Below, in pieces: positions 17,275 to 22,403 of a stretch of DNA of 22,403 nt. Origin of the DNA: Candidatus Oleincola secundus (GTDB lineage Bacteria > Atribacterota > Phoenicimicrobiia > Phoenicimicrobiales > Stramentimicrobiaceae); assembly GCA_018400815.1 (NCBI GenBank), contig JAGYLS010000022.1, forward strand, positions 1-22,403, read 5' to 3'. Position 1 is the stretch's first letter; each line of letters opens with the position of its first letter. A program made the position numbers and the translations under genes. A model generated the notes under the pieces. The model did no database searches, was not told where the DNA came from, and saw only the letters and a program-made list of their open reading frames with translations.

Positions 17275-18121
17275 ATTCTATCACTCATTAGGATGGAATA
17301 TATTACCTGCTAAAGAGAGAAAGAAATATCCAGCAATTCCTACTTGGAAAGATTATCAAACTCGTAAAGTTACTAAAGCAGATATAGATTCTTGGTTACG
17401 TGGAGATTGGTTTAAGAATATTAACCTCTGCTTAGGTAAAATTTCAAACATATACGAAATTGACGTTGATATAGATAATGCACCAATAGGACTCATATTA
17501 GAATACTATGATAGTAATAAAGTATGGGTCTGTGAAAGTAGTAATGGAAGATATAAATTATTCTTTAGGTCTGCCATTCAACTTCCTCCGAAATTGGACA
17601 CTAAAGTTAATGATGAGGGCGGTCATGTTGAGTTACGTGCCGATAATCACTTGTCCGTCCTCCCACCTTCCATACATCCTACTGGACATATCTACAAATG
17701 GCATACTGATGTAACGAAGCATGAATTAGTCCCAATTGATGGGATGAAACTGTATGAGATAATTATTCAAGTATTACGAGAAGAGTATGAGTATCAAGAG
17801 GAGATAGAAGAAGAGGCGAAAGCAGTAGCAAAAGGTACAAGTGAAGGAGTGAGAGACCTGTTTTGGCGTAGTATGAATCGTGGTGATTCGTGGTCTGGAG
17901 CATCTGGTCACTCATTCCGACTTGCCTTCTGTGCCGAACTTATAAATCATAACTACTCTGATGAACAGATACATCTATTCTTTAAGAAGCATGATAAGTT
18001 ATCTGGAGAAGAATATTCGAGAGCAATAACACAGAAGAAGATAGATGAGTTACGAAGAAAGGGAATGCATTGCTGGAAGAATGAAACATTAAAAAAGAGA
18101 TGCCCGGATTTGATAGGATGA
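17252..18121 (+). CDS. Prim-Pol (bifunctional primase/polymerase, AEP) with a C-terminal PriL-CTD/PriX-like helical domain
   Basis: LGWNILP, KYP..WKDYQ, NINLCLG, EIDVD, VELR..SVLPPSIHPTG.YKW. C-terminal HSFRLAF...YSDEQIHLFF...YSRAIT. Start 17252 with SD GAGGAG. Confidence 0.88.
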   Translation: MKKEEWIRFYHSLGWNILPAKERKKYPAIPTWKDYQTRKVTKADIDSWLRGDWFKNINLCLGKISNIYEIDVDIDNAPIGLILEYYDSNKVWVCESSNGRYKLFFRSAIQLPPKLDTKVNDEGGHVELRADNHLSVLPPSIHPTGHIYKWHTDVTKHELVPIDGMKLYEIIIQVLREEYEYQEEIEEEAKAVAKGTSEGVRDLFWRSMNRGDSWSGASGHSFRLAFCAELINHNYSDEQIHLFFKKHDKLSGEEYSRAITQKKIDELRRKGMHCWKNETLKKRCPDLIG

Positions 18122-18426
18122 AAACATATAAGAAGAGAAAACATGACCCTGTACGATATATGATAGAGCATACTCCACCTTGGAAATTGAAATATAGATT
18201 AGTCAGATTCAAGTACTATAGAATAATAAGCAGTGAGATGGATGAATCTTATTGGTTACAGGCAAGATTACGCTGGCTGCCTATATGGGTTACAATTGAT
18301 GAGTGGAGCACATTTGGAACTGCTTATCGTAGAATGCAAGAATTAAAAGGCATTCCCCGTTCTGAGATTCATGTATATACAGAAGATGAGTGTGTGCTTG
18401 AATTAATGGGTGAGATGGGAGAATGA
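18118..18426 (+). CDS. Hypothetical protein
   Basis: ATGA overlap with the primase stop and with the next gene. Confidence 0.7.
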   Translation: MKTYKKRKHDPVRYMIEHTPPWKLKYRLVRFKYYRIISSEMDESYWLQARLRWLPIWVTIDEWSTFGTAYRRMQELKGIPRSEIHVYTEDECVLELMGEMGE

Positions 18427-18776
18427 AACTTGATGACTATGAGACTTACAAATACTATAAACGAATAGAAGGTGAAAAGTCCTTCATATTCCGTGTTATA
18501 GGTATTGATTGGGTCTTACACATTGAACCGATGGAAGAGATACCAGATTGGCTTATCTTGGCTCACGTCCCACATCAATCTGCTTCTCTGGGAACACATG
18601 GAGGCATGGATTGGTATACGGACTTTGCAATACATCCTTCGGATTTCGATGTTGAAGCAGCGGAGAGTGAAGTTGCATTAGCAGCATTAGATAAACCAGA
18701 CCCAGCAGATGCAGCAGATATGTGGTATGATAATATATTTCATCGAGCAAGAAGTCTCGGTGGCAGGAGTAGATAA
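18423..18776 (+). CDS. Hypothetical acidic protein
   Basis: 117 aa, operon packing. Confidence 0.7.
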   Translation: MKLDDYETYKYYKRIEGEKSFIFRVIGIDWVLHIEPMEEIPDWLILAHVPHQSASLGTHGGMDWYTDFAIHPSDFDVEAAESEVALAALDKPDPADAADMWYDNIFHRARSLGGRSR

Positions 18777-18777
18777 T

Positions 18778-19554
18778 ATGTATCCGTTTTATAAGAAAAG
18801 AATATCAAATAAAGTAATAAAAAAGGTGAAAGAGGCAGAGAATTCCCCTTTAGTCTCTGTTATAATTCCAACACTGCCTACTCGAAAGATGGAATTAGAG
18901 AGAGCAATAAGGTCAGTAAAGAAACAAACATATCCTCATATTGAAATAATTATCGAAGAAGGGGGAGAGAATGTTCAAGATGCTCGTAATATAGCAGTGA
19001 GACGTTCTAAAGGAAAATATATATCGTTTCTTGACGATGATGATGAGTTCTATCCAACTAAAATTGAAAAGCAAGTAGAGATTATGGAAGGTAATCCGGA
19101 CATCGCACTCTGTATTACGTGGGGTGATGATTATAAGTTCGGTCTTTATCATTTGATTAAACCTAAAGAATGGTGGGAATTTGAAGAGTTGCTTGCTGGA
19201 TTTAACATATCCTGTACTTCAGCATTCATGTGTCGTAAAGATGCGTTCTATCATGTTGGTGAAATGGATACTACCTTACAAGACTCCCATGAATATGACC
19301 TTGCTATTAGATTATCTCAAGTAGGAAGAGTTTACTGTATTCAAGAATCCCTAACTCGATTTAATCAGAGTGATGAAAATTGGAGTGACGATTTCGGTAA
19401 GAAGATAATAGGCATGTTTCAATTCATAGACAAATGGGGTAATAACTTTAATATGGTCAGATGGATTAAGACTGTAATTTGCATAGGAATGTTTTTTATT
19501 GGGCTTTTAGGAGCAGGTATAACAATACATAAGATATTTAATATGGTGAAATGA
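18778..19554 (+). CDS. Glycosyltransferase family 2 (GT-A) with a C-terminal hydrophobic helix
   Basis: PLVSVIIPT, SVKKQTY, ARN, YISFLDDDD, EYDLAIRL. C-terminal VICIGMFFIGLLGAGITI. Start 18778 with SD AGGAG. Confidence 0.92.
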   Translation: MYPFYKKRISNKVIKKVKEAENSPLVSVIIPTLPTRKMELERAIRSVKKQTYPHIEIIIEEGGENVQDARNIAVRRSKGKYISFLDDDDEFYPTKIEKQVEIMEGNPDIALCITWGDDYKFGLYHLIKPKEWWEFEELLAGFNISCTSAFMCRKDAFYHVGEMDTTLQDSHEYDLAIRLSQVGRVYCIQESLTRFNQSDENWSDDFGKKIIGMFQFIDKWGNNFNMVRWIKTVICIGMFFIGLLGAGITIHKIFNMVK

Positions 19555-20372
19555 TGAAAAGAAAACCCGATGTAATAATTATAGGTTGTCAGAAAAGTGG
19601 TACTACAGCATTGGAGAAATACATGACACAACATCCCGATATATGGATGACAGGGACTGAAGTACATTACTTTGACCAGAGGAAGAAACTCCCTATTGAT
19701 TGGTACTTATCTATATTTGGTAAGCATAAAGAGAAGATTGTTGGAGAGAAAACCCCTGCTTACATATATTTCAAAGACATTCCACAGCAAATAGCAGAAG
19801 TGAATCCGAATTGTAAAATCATAATCTGTGTTCGTGAACCAGTCTCAAGAGCATATAGTGAATATCAAATGCTTAGATTAAATGGTGTGACGAAAGGAAA
19901 GTGGGAGAATGTTTGGAATACAAGGCACTATCTTAAACGAGGATTATATGCAGACCAGTTAAAAAATGTATATAAATCATTTCCAAAAAAACAGGTTATG
20001 GTAGTTAAAACTGAAGATTTATACGAAAAACGAGAAAAAGTAATAACTGAAGTATTCAAATTCCTTAATGTGGATGAAACATTCAAACCCCCCATATTAC
20101 GTGATTTCCATAAAGGCGGACACGGAAAATTTCCATGCTTAGCATATGCAGCACGTTTCTTAATTCAATGTAGACGCTTCTTTAGGAAATTCAAGTGGGG
20201 GTGGTGGATAGACGATTATCTGCATTATGTAGTTATGTTGATTAAAATAATAAATAAAAAGAAGGGATATAAACCAATGTCGAAAAAGATGCAGAAGAAG
20301 ATAGAAAAATATTACAAAGAACCGAATGAAGAATTCTATGAAATGACAGGCATAAGGTGGGAGTATGAATAA
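19551..20372 (+). CDS. PAPS-dependent sulfotransferase (heparan-sulfate 3-OST/NDST-like domain)
   Basis: 5'-PSB loop IIGCQKSGTTAL, EVHYFD, GEKTPAY, 3'-PB motif REPVSRAYS, GLYADQL. Confidence 0.93.
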   Translation: MMKRKPDVIIIGCQKSGTTALEKYMTQHPDIWMTGTEVHYFDQRKKLPIDWYLSIFGKHKEKIVGEKTPAYIYFKDIPQQIAEVNPNCKIIICVREPVSRAYSEYQMLRLNGVTKGKWENVWNTRHYLKRGLYADQLKNVYKSFPKKQVMVVKTEDLYEKREKVITEVFKFLNVDETFKPPILRDFHKGGHGKFPCLAYAARFLIQCRRFFRKFKWGWWIDDYLHYVVMLIKIINKKKGYKPMSKKMQKKIEKYYKEPNEEFYEMTGIRWEYE

Positions 20373-20910
20373 TATTGACTTCGCCTTCAGAATCGTTTGT
20401 TCGATATTAAAGGTATCTGGTATTCCATTCTGGTTAGAGGCAGGTTCAATGTTAGGGGCTGCCAGAGAAGGGAAAAGGATTGAGTGGGACAATGACTACG
20501 ATATTGCATATCCCATTCAATATGCTCCCGATGTTCTGGAGGCACTACAAGTACTAAAGACTTCTCTTATCCCTTATGATACTCACGGTAATCTATATCA
20601 CAGCATTTCATTTAAAGGAAAACATTTAATCTGTATTCAGCCACACAAGGTTATAGATAATCATATGTGGAGAGTACGGTCAATATTATCAACTGAATAC
20701 CATATTACGAAATTACCCTTCTGCTTACAGAAATTAATATTAAGATTCCAAATGAAGGTAAATAGGAAGATGTATAACAGAGGACATAAGGAGAATTACA
20801 ATTATATGATAAAAGTTAAGATGGGGGAAGAGATGGTATTTATCCCATCTGCATTCGATTACCTACTAACTAAGAAATATGGAGATTGGAGGGTGCCTCA
20901 TGCAAATTAG
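20365..20910 (+). CDS. licD: LicD-family phosphotransferase (nucleotidyltransferase fold)
   Basis: FWLEAGSMLGAAREGKRIEWDNDYDIA and YLTKKYGDWRVP. Confidence 0.88.
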   Translation: MNNIDFAFRIVCSILKVSGIPFWLEAGSMLGAAREGKRIEWDNDYDIAYPIQYAPDVLEALQVLKTSLIPYDTHGNLYHSISFKGKHLICIQPHKVIDNHMWRVRSILSTEYHITKLPFCLQKLILRFQMKVNRKMYNRGHKENYNYMIKVKMGEEMVFIPSAFDYLLTKKYGDWRVPHAN

Positions 20911-21313
20911 GGAGTTAGCAAAGAAATTATTTCGTGAAGTTCAGATTCTTATAGTTATATTAAAGCGGCAGAATAATATAGATTGTCATATTCCTGATTC
21001 TACAATTTTCCCGCACCCATTTGGAATTGTTATACATCCTAAAGCAAAAATAGGAGGAAATTGTGTAATCAATCAAGGTGTAACTATAGGCAATAGGAAG
21101 GGACTAAATGCTGGAACACCTAGTATCGGAAATGGAGTCCACATATTCTCTAATGCCGTAATATTAGGCAATGTAAAAATAGGTAATAATAGTATAATAG
21201 GAGCATGTTCTTTAGTTCTGCACGATGTTCCACCGAATTCTGTAGTCTATGGAATTCCAGCAAAAGTAATAAGAAAGGTGGAGAAAGATGAATTATATAC
21301 AAACCCAAGATAA
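20900..21313 (+). CDS. Hexapeptide-repeat O-acetyltransferase (CysE/WcaB-like left-handed beta-helix only)
   Basis: HPFGIVIHPKAKIGGNCVINQGVTIG...IGNGVHI...IGACSLV...YGIPAK. Lacks the CysE N-terminal helical domain. SD GGAGG. Confidence 0.9.
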   Translation: MQIRELAKKLFREVQILIVILKRQNNIDCHIPDSTIFPHPFGIVIHPKAKIGGNCVINQGVTIGNRKGLNAGTPSIGNGVHIFSNAVILGNVKIGNNSIIGACSLVLHDVPPNSVVYGIPAKVIRKVEKDELYTNPR

Positions 21314-21689
21314 GATAGTTTTCCCATGTAAAGTAGACCCTCCTAATTTAGGACATATAATTCAGATTAAACGCTTACTAAGAAACCATAAGATTGTAAT
21401 ACTGGACATCTATAAGCACAGTAATCGCTTTATCTCAACCGATGAAGTACCAGTAATACTGAAAGAAGCATTGACCGAAGAAGAGTATAGGAGAGTCTAC
21501 TATAAGAGACACCTAAAATCTTATGTAGAGAATACTTCAGAGTGCTTAGAATCGTACTTACATGTTACGGGTAATATACTTGTATTTGAGAATCTACGTT
21601 CTGCTGGAATCCGTGTCCTATACTTAAAGCGATATAAATTCTATAAATCGGAATACATCAGAAGGGGGGCAAAACCTTGTTTAAGATAG
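21288..21689 (+). CDS. Degenerate HxGH cytidylyltransferase-like protein (TagD/CoaD superfamily)
   Basis: VFPCKVDPPNLGH aligns to G.FDP.H.GH; C-terminal YKSEYIR resembles the SS(T).IR motif. Located near licD. Confidence 0.6.
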   Translation: MNYIQTQDKIVFPCKVDPPNLGHIIQIKRLLRNHKIVILDIYKHSNRFISTDEVPVILKEALTEEEYRRVYYKRHLKSYVENTSECLESYLHVTGNILVFENLRSAGIRVLYLKRYKFYKSEYIRRGAKPCLR

Positions 21690-21892
21690 GGTGTTATTAT
21701 AAGTGGAAGCATGGGAACTATATTATGAAAGTACATAGAAAGATAGGCTCTCGTAATTACCGTGTTTGGTACTGGAATATAGAGAATGGTTTTGTTAGAG
21801 AACATTATAGTCAAACAACATGTTATCTCTTTAAAAAGAATTGGGAAAAGTTAGAAGATTGGGAGTTCGTTCTTATGTGTTTGGAAGACTGA
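21677..21892 (+). CDS. Small hypothetical beta protein
   Basis: TTG start with a G-rich SD, overlapping the previous gene. FKIG start is typical of small phage SH3/KOW-like proteins. Confidence 0.6.
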   Translation: MFKIGCYYKWKHGNYIMKVHRKIGSRNYRVWYWNIENGFVREHYSQTTCYLFKKNWEKLEDWEFVLMCLED

Positions 21893-22403
21893 ATACGGAT
21901 TACGGATTGATAAGCAAGGATATAAAATGTAATACGGATGGGGCGATTTGTTACATTTTGCCCTCTAATTTTTTTACACTGCCTATCAAGCCATGTTTTG
22001 TGGCACTATAAGACGGATTATGGGCATTATTTGTATATTTGTGACCATGCCCACTCCCCGTGATACGTATTCCGACATATGTTTCATAATATATCAGTAT
22101 TGGTATGATATAGGTGAAATAAAATCAGATTACAAAAAATTTAGAGTTGGGTACGGGACACGGAATAAACACTTGCGGCTTTTTTGAACATAAACTACGA
22201 CTTTACGTAACACATATTCCGTATCCCGTCTTTTATTGTAAAAAATATGCCGTATTTTGATATTTATGGATATGCAACATATGTTACGATAGTTTGATAG
22301 TGGGCTATTATTTCATTTTATTGTAACACATATTACCATAATACGTATTATAGTACTATATATTATCAGAATATCATATTATAGATAACATATTATACAA
22401 TAA
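21893..22403. repeat. Non-coding AT-rich region with direct and inverted repeats (origin/terminus candidate)
   Basis: Inverted repeat ACGGGACACGGAATA (22153-22167) / TATTCCGTATCCCGT (22215-22229). Direct repeats GTAACACATATT (22207, 22323) and TTTTATTGTAA (22231, 22316). Several TACGGAT copies near 21894-21940. Confidence 0.55.

Larger units (their letters stand above)
1..22403. mobile_element. Tailed dsDNA virus genome segment (Caudoviricetes, siphovirus-like), probably archaeal
   Basis: Contains terL, portal, protease, HK97 MCP, tail tube, TAC and tape measure plus a replication module, with no cellular housekeeping genes. Archaeal hints are a BRE-TATA promoter, a prefoldin-like gene, a PriL-CTD-like domain and GGTGA-type SD sites. 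Confidence 0.93.

Noticed and set aside
13739..20492. Minus-strand and nested alternative-frame ORFs in the right arm (e.g. 13739-14044, 16634-17089, 20160-20492)
   Set aside because: They overlap motif-bearing plus-strand genes, and their composition is typical of shadow frames.
20900..21313. cysE auxiliary metabolic gene for cysteine synthesis
   Set aside because: Only the beta-helix domain is present and the context is glycan modification, so a sugar O-acetyltransferase is more plausible.
18778..21689. DNA hypermodification cluster
   Set aside because: No hydroxymethylase, TET/JBP or nucleotide kinase is seen, the GT has a membrane-like helix, and restriction-site avoidance persists. Disfavoured but not excluded.
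21993..22187. 64-aa plus-strand ORF
   Set aside because: No SD, lies in the repeat-rich region, and lacks the purine-rich codon pattern of the real genes.
1..22403. Stop-codon reassignment, inteins, introns or a diversity-generating retroelement
   Set aside because: Genes tile densely under the standard code using all three stops, TerL/portal/helicase are normal length, and no reverse transcriptase or TR/VR repeat pair was seen.

Overview
The whole window reads as part of a tailed dsDNA virus genome (Caudoviricetes, siphovirus-like, no sheath gene), most likely archaeal. It has two divergent arms separated by a 96-bp promoter region (13433-13528). The left arm (minus strand) encodes morphogenesis: terminase large subunit, portal, HK97-gp10-like protein, a prefoldin-like protein, an unknown protein, prohead protease, HK97 major capsid protein, a PD-(D/E)XK nuclease, an Ig-fused head-tail adaptor, tail terminator, tail tube, tail assembly chaperone with a predicted -1 frameshift, and tape measure. 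The right arm (plus strand) encodes a probable terminase small subunit, DEDD exonuclease, AAA+ helicase-like ATPase, Prim-Pol primase with a PriL-CTD/PriX-like tail, small Cys-rich proteins, and a five-gene glycan-modification cassette (GT2, sulfotransferase, LicD, acetyltransferase, degenerate cytidylyltransferase). A repeat-rich non-coding region closes the window. The strongest candidates for new biology are the prefoldin-like chaperone inside the head module, the glycan sulfation/phosphodiester/acetylation cassette, and two architecturally matched intergenic RNA elements with T-loop-like hairpins after the capsid and tail-tube genes. GATC also appears to be absent. All calls come from reading motifs by eye; no searches were run.
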